A stretch of 36,983 nucleotides of DNA from positions 1-36,983 of the IMG/VR virus record IMGVR_UViG_3300011758_000001. One strand, 5' to 3'. This document shows, piece by piece, positions 15,339 through 22,527 of this stretch (positions are counted from its first letter, which is position 1; the number at the start of each line of letters is the position of its first letter). Source of the DNA: a virus. The notes beneath the pieces are model-generated. The model saw only the letters and a program-made list of their open reading frames with translations. It was not told the DNA's origin and did not search any database. The position numbers and the translations under genes were made by a program.

Positions 15339-16804
15339 AAATTAAAGAAAGTGGTGGGATGGATTTATTACCTCACGAACTAATCATTGATAATTTTGCC
15401 GGTGGCGGTGGAACTAGTACTGGTCTAGAACAAGCTTTTGGTCGCTCAGTGGATGTTGCTATAAATCACGATCCTAAAGCCTTGGCTATGCATCGAATCA
15501 ATCATCCTAGTACTAAACATTTCTGTGAAAGTGTTTGGGATATTGATCCAATCGAAGCAACTGGAAATCAACCGGTAGGTCTAGTTTGGTTGTCACCAGA
15601 CTGCAAGCATTTTAGTAAAGCCAAGGGCGGTAAACCGGTTGAAAAGAAAATCCGTGGATTAGCTTGGGTGGCATTGCGTTGGGCTGCTAAAACTCGCCCT
15701 CGAGTAATCATGCTTGAGAATGTCGAAGAGTTTAAAACATGGGGAACATTGGGGTTAGATGGTCGACCATGTCCTAAAAATAAAGGTCGCACCTTTCAGA
15801 GCTTTGTTAATGCGCTTAAACGCCAAGGTTACACAGTAGATTGGCGCGAGCTACGTGCATGTGATTATGGCTCTCCAACGATTCGCAAGCGTTTCTTCCT
15901 GATTGCTCGACGTGATGGTCTGAAAATTCATTGGCCAGAACCAACACACGGGCATCCAGATTCTATCCAGGTAAGAAAAGGAACCCTGCAGCCATGGCGT
16001 ACAGCTGCAGAATGTATTGACTGGTCTATAGAATGCCCGAGTATTTTCACTCGTAAGCGTCCATTGGCAAAAGCCACCATGGATCGTATCGCTGCTGGAT
16101 TGGATAAGTTTGTGGTTAAAAATCCAAACCCATTTATTGTTGGCAAAATAGCTCCAGTACTTACTGAATGTGCAAATGCATCAAATAGAAGATCAATGCC
16201 GTCTAACGAACCTCTGCGCACTATTTGCGCTCAAACCAAAGGAGGACACCACGCATTAATATCAGCACATTTGGCAAAGAACTATACAGGAGTAATTGGT
16301 AGTTCAGTGATTGAGCCCGTACACACCATTACAGCGAAAGATCACAATTCTTTAGTTGCAAGTCATCTTTCCAAAATGAAGAAAAATTGCACTGGTCAAA
16401 CTATTGATTCACCACTTCATGCAATGACTACAGTGAATCAATTTGCTGAAGTTCGCGCCTTTTTAACCGCCTTCTATGGCAGCGAAAAAGACGGAAATTC
16501 TATCGATACACCTTTACGCACCATCCCAACACGTGATCGTTTTGGCCTGGTGCAAATCCAAGGCCAAGACTATCAAATCTCTGATATTGGTTTTCGGATG
16601 CTGCAACCAGTTGAATTATTCAAAGCCCAAGGTTTCCCAGAAAACTATATTTTTGAGCGCGGGATTGATGAACATGGTGATGAGATCCGACTAACTAAAA
16701 CCGAACAGACCCGAATGGTGGGTAATTCTGTTTGTCCGCAATTATCACGTGCTTTAGTTGAGGCGAACTTTAAACATGAAAATATTTACAAAGGGGCAGC
16801 TTAA
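15335..16804 (+). CDS. dcm: DNA cytosine-5 methyltransferase
   Basis: Motif I DNFAGGGGTSTG, motif IV SPDCKHFSKAKGG, motif VI MLENVEEF, and QGFP plus GNSVCP near the C-terminus. Confidence 0.9.
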   Translation: MKIKESGGMDLLPHELIIDNFAGGGGTSTGLEQAFGRSVDVAINHDPKALAMHRINHPSTKHFCESVWDIDPIEATGNQPVGLVWLSPDCKHFSKAKGGKPVEKKIRGLAWVALRWAAKTRPRVIMLENVEEFKTWGTLGLDGRPCPKNKGRTFQSFVNALKRQGYTVDWRELRACDYGSPTIRKRFFLIARRDGLKIHWPEPTHGHPDSIQVRKGTLQPWRTAAECIDWSIECPSIFTRKRPLAKATMDRIAAGLDKFVVKNPNPFIVGKIAPVLTECANASNRRSMPSNEPLRTICAQTKGGHHALISAHLAKNYTGVIGSSVIEPVHTITAKDHNSLVASHLSKMKKNCTGQTIDSPLHAMTTVNQFAEVRAFLTAFYGSEKDGNSIDTPLRTIPTRDRFGLVQIQGQDYQISDIGFRMLQPVELFKAQGFPENYIFERGIDEHGDEIRLTKTEQTRMVGNSVCPQLSRALVEANFKHENIYKGAA

Positions 16805-17118
16805 TGACTGAAATCCAATTAACCAACGTGCAGTTCGCCCAGCTTCAGATCGACAACCTTGTGGCTAAAGACAAGCCATATATTCAGACATGGTCTGCCG
16901 GTGATGTTGGCTCATTCAATGCGATTTTAAACGCGGTGGACTTTGATAATGAGTTCACGTATCACATGCGCGGTTGGTCTCGTCAGCGAGTTAAGAATGG
17001 TACTGGTGGGATTATTACAGTAGATGAGAGTAATGCGGATAAGTTGTATCACCTGTTCACCTGCTATTTGAGCAAGTTGCCGAGTGGTGTGGTGAAGAGT
17101 TTGGGAGAGGTGTCGTGA
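16804..17118 (+). CDS. Hypothetical protein
   Basis: 104-aa ORF with a TAATG overlap to dcm. Confidence 0.6.
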   Translation: MTEIQLTNVQFAQLQIDNLVAKDKPYIQTWSAGDVGSFNAILNAVDFDNEFTYHMRGWSRQRVKNGTGGIITVDESNADKLYHLFTCYLSKLPSGVVKSLGEVS

Positions 17119-17345
17119 ATAAATACGATTGGTCAAACGTGCCGGATGGAGTTGAATGGATTGCTACAGACTCAAACGGATTAGTTTTTGGTTACGATGT
17201 AGAGCCAATACAGAAAGAATGGGGGAAATTCATACATCACAGCGATTTTATTTATTTTCCTCACAGGAAATGGATTGAGCCGTTTAAGGGTAACTGGCGT
17301 GAGAGCTTAGAGAAAAGACCGGAGGTGAATGATGGGAGCACTTAA
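17115..17345 (+). CDS. Hypothetical protein
   Basis: GTG start with GGAGAGG 4 nt upstream and a GTGA overlap. Confidence 0.55.
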   Translation: MNKYDWSNVPDGVEWIATDSNGLVFGYDVEPIQKEWGKFIHHSDFIYFPHRKWIEPFKGNWRESLEKRPEVNDGST

Positions 17346-17625
17346 GTACACCATTACTGTCGAGGCTGATGTTGAGCCTCAGCTTTATCTTGGACAGAGC
17401 ATCTTTGGTGGGAAAATTGTTCAACTTAAGATGGAGGATTTGCCCGCTTTGGTTCCAGTGTCGTGGTTGGTTGAAAAATATGGATTAACCAAAACCACAA
17501 TCATCAAAAAGCTTGAAGGTTATAACCAAGGAACTGAAGGTAAGCATCTTTATGAAACCAAGGTGGCCATGATGATTCTATCAAAGCCACAAAGAAATAA
17601 GCGCGGATCAAAACGGGTCAATTAG
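17329..17625 (+). CDS. Putative excisionase or DNA-binding protein
   Basis: GGAGG precedes ATGATG. WLVEKYGLTKTTIIKKLEG forms an HTH and the C-terminal tail is basic. Convergent with, and overlapping, the integrase 3' end. Confidence 0.4.
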   Translation: MMGALKYTITVEADVEPQLYLGQSIFGGKIVQLKMEDLPALVPVSWLVEKYGLTKTTIIKKLEGYNQGTEGKHLYETKVAMMILSKPQRNKRGSKRVN

Positions 17626-18637
17626 ACCCGTTCAGCATCTCACTGATTTCGCTTGCTGTGGGATTATAATAAGTGTTAATCAAAATACCGGCAGTCTTGT
17701 GACCGGTAATTTTCATTAGAATCTCAATTGGCACCTTTCTTAATTTAACCAATCTGGTAATTCCTTCATGTCGGGTATCATGGAAATGTAATTCTTTGAT
17801 ATTCGCCTTCTTTATTCTTTTGCTAAACGTATTTTGAAAAGTGCTGCTGCTTATTTCAATTAGCTTGTCAGACCCATTGTCTGGAATTAGTTTTAATAAC
17901 TCTTTCGCACTATCCATTAACGGCACATCACGCGAGTGGCCATTCTTGGTGTCAGGCAGATGGATATAGTCTTTATGGATATTTGACCTTTTAATAGATA
18001 GTATCTCCCCTTGCCGCATAGTTGTTTCAATAGCAAAAAGAAAAGCCCAGGCAATAAAATGCTGTATCTCGGTTGGGATCTGCCTTCTCGCATAATTATG
18101 AGCCTCTAGCACCAAATCAATTTCAGCATTGCTTATGCGTCGATTTCTTGATTTTGGCTGAGATGGTTTGCTAACCATAGAGAATGGATTACTTTCAATA
18201 AGGAAGAGTTCTTTCTGTGCATAGGTAAAGATGGCAGAAAATAAAGATATATCACGAAGTACAGTACCAACACTCACACTTTTTAGTCTTGAGTTGCGCC
18301 AGTCAGTCAGAATTTGTGGCGTAATATCGTGCACCGACATTTCCGAAATAACAGGATAAGTGTCAAGAAACTGTTTGATTGAAATTCTGATGGTTCGGCT
18401 AGATTTCTTATGCCTTCCAATTTCCTCATAGTACTTATGCATTAATGCGGAAAATGGATAATGTTGTTTGACTTCGCTTTGATTTTTATTTTGCTCAGTT
18501 TTTAATTCTAGAATTTTGAGCATAGCCCATTGCTCACATTCCTTTTCGGTATCTCGCGTAGCACTGATGCGCTTACCATTAAACATCAGCTCAATACGGT
18601 ATGACTCTCCACGTTTCCTTGCTTTTGGTAGTTTCAT
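17618..18637 (-). CDS. int: Tyrosine integrase
   Basis: TTMRQGEIL (Arg box), HFHDTRHEGITRL, and GHKTAGILINTYYN (catalytic Tyr). Confidence 0.9.
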   Translation of the reverse strand: MKLPKARKRGESYRIELMFNGKRISATRDTEKECEQWAMLKILELKTEQNKNQSEVKQHYPFSALMHKYYEEIGRHKKSSRTIRISIKQFLDTYPVISEMSVHDITPQILTDWRNSRLKSVSVGTVLRDISLFSAIFTYAQKELFLIESNPFSMVSKPSQPKSRNRRISNAEIDLVLEAHNYARRQIPTEIQHFIAWAFLFAIETTMRQGEILSIKRSNIHKDYIHLPDTKNGHSRDVPLMDSAKELLKLIPDNGSDKLIEISSSTFQNTFSKRIKKANIKELHFHDTRHEGITRLVKLRKVPIEILMKITGHKTAGILINTYYNPTASEISEMLNGSN

Positions 18638-18640
18638 TTC

Positions 18641-18908
18641 TGGCGTAATCTTGGCGTAAATAGTCTTTCATCTTAACTTATTTTTCGTCCAAAACGTCCA
18701 ATATGTTCAATTAGAATGGATTTAATAGAGTGTATTTTAAGGGGTGGGCTTTAGTTATTCTATTTTAATTTATTGTTTTATATAGTTTTATTAATCAACC
18801 CCAAGGAATATTATTATAATTCAGCTATTTGGGATAGCACTTAACCATGGGGCTTTTTATTGTCTAAAAACAAATACTTATAAATAATTGGCGAAAAACT
18901 GGCGTAAT
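18641..18908. repeat. attP region with four TGGCG(T/A)AA arm-type repeats in two tandem pairs
   Basis: tggcgtaat at 18641, tggcgtaaa at 18652, tggcgaaaa at 18889, tggcgtaat at 18900. Spacing is 11 bp within each pair, the pairs are about 248 bp apart, and all four are in direct orientation. The interval between them is AT-rich. Confidence 0.55.
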
Positions 18909-19090
18909 CCTAAAGTTATCCACAAGCAACAACTACTTGTTAGTGCTGATTATATCATCCATTTTAAAATAAAAAGAGTGAGAGGTAATAATGAAAACAT
19001 GGACCTACTTTTATATAGAACACACGATAAAGAATGGAAGGATTTTTAGGAAGGAATCTGGGTGGGGTTTGAGGAATTATTTATTAAAGT

Positions 19091-19116
19091 AAAAAACAAA
19101 GCCCTCATTTGAGGGC
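19091..19116 (-). terminator. Terminator at the end of the late operon (after the endolysin)
   Basis: gccctc-aaat-gagggc followed by tttgtttttt on the minus strand. Confidence 0.8.
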
Positions 19117-19130
19117 ATTTATTTATTTTA

Positions 19131-19718
19131 TTAAACAAGTGCTCTTAATTTTAATAAGTGCGCCTTACGATCCGCAAGACCATTAGTGCCGCCATTGATT
19201 CTGCGAGTAATAGTCAGCACATCGTCTTTGTCAGCTAAGGCATTCAAGCCATTATCAGACCAGAACTTGCAGGCGACCATCAGGCCGATGCTTGGAATGG
19301 CCACAATTTCAGGATTGTTCTCAAAGTCGATGCCAAGTTGCTGACCATACTTGCGATAGTTGGTACGGCCAGTCAGTTGAATGGGGCCACGGCCTTTAAA
19401 CCGCTTTCCATCCCCTGCCTGTGTGTTGCCTAAATCCTTTCGGCCTTCGTACGCTGAACCTGAAGCGATTTCCTCCATGTATCGGAAGTTGCCAGATTCA
19501 TGTGCAAGCTGTGCAAGGAAGTGAATAAAGCGAAGCGAGTTGTCGAGAATGCCAAAGGTTCGCATGTGAGCATTGGCGGCAAGGCCGAGTTCTTCAGCAC
19601 GTGATTGACTGGCACCTAATTTTTTGAATACCGCAGTCAAGGTGCCACGGCCAATAATGCCGTCATCGTGCACACCTACTGCCTTTTGGAGTTTTTTAAT
19701 TTGAGTGGTGTTCATCAT
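19131..19718 (-). CDS. Endolysin, glycoside hydrolase family 19 with a short N-terminal peptidoglycan-binding-like motif
   Basis: FLAQLAHESGNFRYMEEI...YEGRKDLGNTQAGDGKRFKGRGPIQLTGRTNY is the GH19 core. The N-terminus carries IKKLQKAVGVHDDGIIGRGT. Confidence 0.85.
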   Translation of the reverse strand: MMNTTQIKKLQKAVGVHDDGIIGRGTLTAVFKKLGASQSRAEELGLAANAHMRTFGILDNSLRFIHFLAQLAHESGNFRYMEEIASGSAYEGRKDLGNTQAGDGKRFKGRGPIQLTGRTNYRKYGQQLGIDFENNPEIVAIPSIGLMVACKFWSDNGLNALADKDDVLTITRRINGGTNGLADRKAHLLKLRALV

Positions 19719-20004
19719 CTTTATCCGTATTAAAAAATTTAGGACGTGCACCACCCTTACCCCAAATATAGAGTTGTTGGGTAAAGAGCGCGAATAAAAT
19801 GCTTACCGTGGTATAAAAAAGGGTTCCGGCTGGGCTGGGTGAGTAATCATCTTTTACAAAGAGTGCTACCCCAAAAATAATTGATAGCATCAAAAGAAAA
19901 TCGATGTGCTTTGGCAATTTAATTTTTGGGTGAAATACCATGATTGCAAACGAAACCAGAAACAATACCAATGCCGTCTTACTTATGATTAGCAGCATCT
20001 TCAT
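19696..20004 (-). CDS. Holin-like protein, three TM segments, Met-Lys-Met dual start
   Basis: MKMLLIISKTALVLFLVSFAIMVF... has three hydrophobic segments and a charged C-terminus (NTDKDDEHHSN). AGGAG lies 1 nt from ATG1 and 7 nt from ATG3. Confidence 0.65.
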   Translation of the reverse strand: MKMLLIISKTALVLFLVSFAIMVFHPKIKLPKHIDFLLMLSIIFGVALFVKDDYSPSPAGTLFYTTVSILFALFTQQLYIWGKGGARPKFFNTDKDDEHHSN

Positions 20005-20311
20005 TCTCCTTTTTGACTAAACCAAGAAGTCTTGATCGAGCCAAACTTAATAATGCTTCAGCTGTACTCTTACCAGCAGCGCCCAGAATGAAGCCAAATA
20101 ATTCCGGGTAATTTCCGCTAGCAAGAAATAAACTTGCAGGTTTAGCAAAGACCACACATAAAATGAAGCCAGCAAAGAATCCTATCCAGCGATCCCGGGT
20201 TGGCTCCTTGCTTAATAGAAAGCCAAAAGTCGCGCCCAGCACACCTGTAAAAAGGATGTGTGAATGGTTCTTTATGCTTTCCAATACTTGACTAAGAAAG
20301 TCCATATACAT
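19979..20311 (-). CDS. Holin-like membrane protein (LydA-like, tentative)
   Basis: Two to three TM segments and a charged C-terminus. LFGFILGAAGKSTAEALLSLARSRLLG resembles the tail of P1 LydA. The likely start is the ATG at 20305. Confidence 0.6.
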   Translation of the reverse strand: MYMDFLSQVLESIKNHSHILFTGVLGATFGFLLSKEPTRDRWIGFFAGFILCVVFAKPASLFLASGNYPELFGFILGAAGKSTAEALLSLARSRLLGLVKKENEDAANHK

Positions 20312-20348
20312 CCCCTTTAGTCATACACCCCCCCTATAAAATTGGCAT

Positions 20349-20370
20349 TAAAAAAGAGCCTTTCGGCTCT
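20349..20370 (-). terminator. Intrinsic terminator between the tailspike and the lysis cassette
   Basis: The minus strand reads agagcc-gaaa-ggctct followed by tttttaatg. Confidence 0.7.
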
Positions 20371-20495
20371 GGTGGTGGATCAGTTGTGTAGTCGGCCATT
20401 ATGCCCCCTAAATTTTGGTAATAAAAACCCCGAACTAGTCAGGGTTGGTGGTTTGCTGGGTTAAATCACATAAAAAAGACCCAAAGGGCTTTCTA

Positions 20496-22448
20496 TTATT
20501 CCGACTCCCAAAAATATAACTGCGCTTTGTTGGCGGCTGCTGTCGCTGAGAATCCATCGTTAGTGAAAGCAGCTCCATTTGCCATAGCATTATTGCCGTT
20601 GATTAATATGCTTGTTGTTCCGTCTGCGCCACGGATACGAATGTAATTTGCTTGATAACCAATTAAAATATTTTGGGACAAGGTCTCACCAGTGCCAGTA
20701 TAGGTTCCCATCTTTTTCATATCTCGGCAGTTTAAATTTCTAGCAAAGTTGTGGACATACGGTGATCCGCTTGCAACGATGTCAATATCACGATAGTTGC
20801 TTGCTAATCCGGCAGAGCGTTTAACAGGCAACCAAGTTGCAGATGGCGCAACCAATCGCTCCTTGATATAAAGATTGTTTAACACCCCACCAGAATGATT
20901 AAGAATACATGCCGAAGTTGTTAAGTTCGCATAAGAGTTACCAAATATTTTTAGGTCGGTCATTTCATTTGATCCGTAAACCCGCACCAAATCTGAATTT
21001 AAACCATCAAATATATTGCCCGAGATAACCACGTTTTTGAGACTGTTGTTTATAGTCATAAACTCGCCCATATAAAAACCAGTCGTGGCGCGGTTTACGT
21101 TCCCAGAATACAAAACATCAATAGCATCGATTAGCTCAAAAGTTTTAAACCCTGAGTCTTTCATCCAGCTATGGTTATTCGTAATCTGTGCATCACGAAG
21201 AACGCCAGCGAAGATTTTTCCAGCCCCTTCTAACTCGTTATTGTCAATCGTAATACCTTGAATATTGTTTCTGTTGTACCCGAAGTTCCGCATAAATACA
21301 GCAGGGCAATAGTGAGATCGGTTATTTTTAAAGATAAAGCCTCGGAATCCTGTTTCTAGTGTCTGGTTGTTCGGGTTTCCTGGCTGGAATGGGTCTGGGA
21401 AATCTGCATCTAGCCATGCAGTACGAAGATCAAAAGCAAAGCAATCATAGAAATTAACACCGCGACCGAAACACTTTGTAACTGTATCTGCGCCCATGAA
21501 TACGCAATTCAAGAAACTAATATCTACGTCAGCAATTTTAATTCCGATAGATTGTCGATCATCATAAACCAGCGTCATTCCATCATAAACACCGCTACCA
21601 GATAGGGTTAAATCTCTAAAATCAGTCCCGCCAATTGAGGTAAAATTAAACCCTCTAAGGTTGCCTACTGTTGGGAACTTAACCACTGTACTCCATTTAT
21701 ACTGTCCTGTTACCCGAGCAGAGTAAGCTTTAACTGTAGGAGATCCATTAATCAAGGTTGTCCCGTTGTCAAAACGCACAGTCCAGTCAGCTTGTTGTAC
21801 GTCAAAAACGCGCTGTACCGCGACTGTATTGTCAGTGGAGTTGTCAGCGAGAACTCCACCCCAAGACATCGGTAGGACTTTTTCTTCTTCAAATACAGCC
21901 AACCATCTACCAGTTGATCTGTTTCTCGAAGCAACTACTGTCACATCATTTTCAGCGGCTGTTGACGTGCTATCAAATACCCACTTATGCCCACCTACCT
22001 TTCTACCCAAGTGCCATGATTTCATGTAGATGACTTGACCATCCCCACGAACACGAATATTTTTAACCCCCTCTAGCGAGGGAACAGTTTGAATTGTCGC
22101 ATCATTAATTTGCTGCTGATTCTGGCCACTTGAATCAACAACAAAATCTGCAGACCACCCCTTGTTTTTAAAGTCCACAAGAATGAAAGCACTATTTCTA
22201 TTTTTAATTACAATAGAGTGCTGTGCTGTTTTAAGATAAACCTTAGTTGGACTACCATTGCGCACTGGATAGCCATTTCGGGTTCGAATGGGTTGTGCGG
22301 CTGGAACTGTAAAATCAGAATCCCAAAACACATCTACTGGAAAAAGCTCCGGGTCTTTTCCATACTCCCCAAAAAACAAGAAACCCGCATCAAGCGGGCT
22401 TCCATCAATATCAGCAATGGCGGTATATGGTGCTAAAAACATGGTCAT
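20496..22448 (-). CDS. Tailspike (right-handed beta-helix depolymerase-like) with a P22-like head-binding-type N-terminus
   Basis: The N-terminus GFLFFGEYGKDPELFPVDVFWDSDFTVPAAQPIRTRNGYPV parallels P22 gp9 GKIYIGQIDTDPVNP...QPL. The body has repeated PbH1-like turns: ITIDNNELEG, ITNNHSW, ISGNIFDG, IFGNSYAN. The start is the ATG at 22448. Confidence 0.75.
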   Translation of the reverse strand: MTMFLAPYTAIADIDGSPLDAGFLFFGEYGKDPELFPVDVFWDSDFTVPAAQPIRTRNGYPVRNGSPTKVYLKTAQHSIVIKNRNSAFILVDFKNKGWSADFVVDSSGQNQQQINDATIQTVPSLEGVKNIRVRGDGQVIYMKSWHLGRKVGGHKWVFDSTSTAAENDVTVVASRNRSTGRWLAVFEEEKVLPMSWGGVLADNSTDNTVAVQRVFDVQQADWTVRFDNGTTLINGSPTVKAYSARVTGQYKWSTVVKFPTVGNLRGFNFTSIGGTDFRDLTLSGSGVYDGMTLVYDDRQSIGIKIADVDISFLNCVFMGADTVTKCFGRGVNFYDCFAFDLRTAWLDADFPDPFQPGNPNNQTLETGFRGFIFKNNRSHYCPAVFMRNFGYNRNNIQGITIDNNELEGAGKIFAGVLRDAQITNNHSWMKDSGFKTFELIDAIDVLYSGNVNRATTGFYMGEFMTINNSLKNVVISGNIFDGLNSDLVRVYGSNEMTDLKIFGNSYANLTTSACILNHSGGVLNNLYIKERLVAPSATWLPVKRSAGLASNYRDIDIVASGSPYVHNFARNLNCRDMKKMGTYTGTGETLSQNILIGYQANYIRIRGADGTTSILINGNNAMANGAAFTNDGFSATAAANKAQLYFWESE

Positions 22449-22478
22449 AACGTGATTTCCATTATTAAAATTTTGGCA

Positions 22479-22508
22479 ATAAAAAACCCGACTTTGGTAG
22501 ATCGGGTT
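22479..22508 (-). terminator. Intrinsic terminator between the ejection protein and the tailspike
   Basis: The minus strand reads aacccga-tctaccaaag-tcgggtt followed by ttttttat. Confidence 0.7.
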
Positions 22509-22527
22509 AGATTGATTTGTTGAGTGG

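Noticed and set aside
18991-19092. 33-aa plus-strand ORF in the attP region with a GAGAGG-like RBS
   Set aside because: It is very short and rich in rare codons (AGG x3, ATA x2, GGA). It lies in AT-rich att DNA and has no supporting features, so it is probably fortuitous.
20375-20415. 20-aa minus-strand ORF (MADYTTDPPPEPKGSFLMPIL) between the tailspike and the holin, considered as a possible spanin or lysis regulator
   Set aside because: It has no lipobox or TM segment. It runs through the terminator hairpin and is too short to support.
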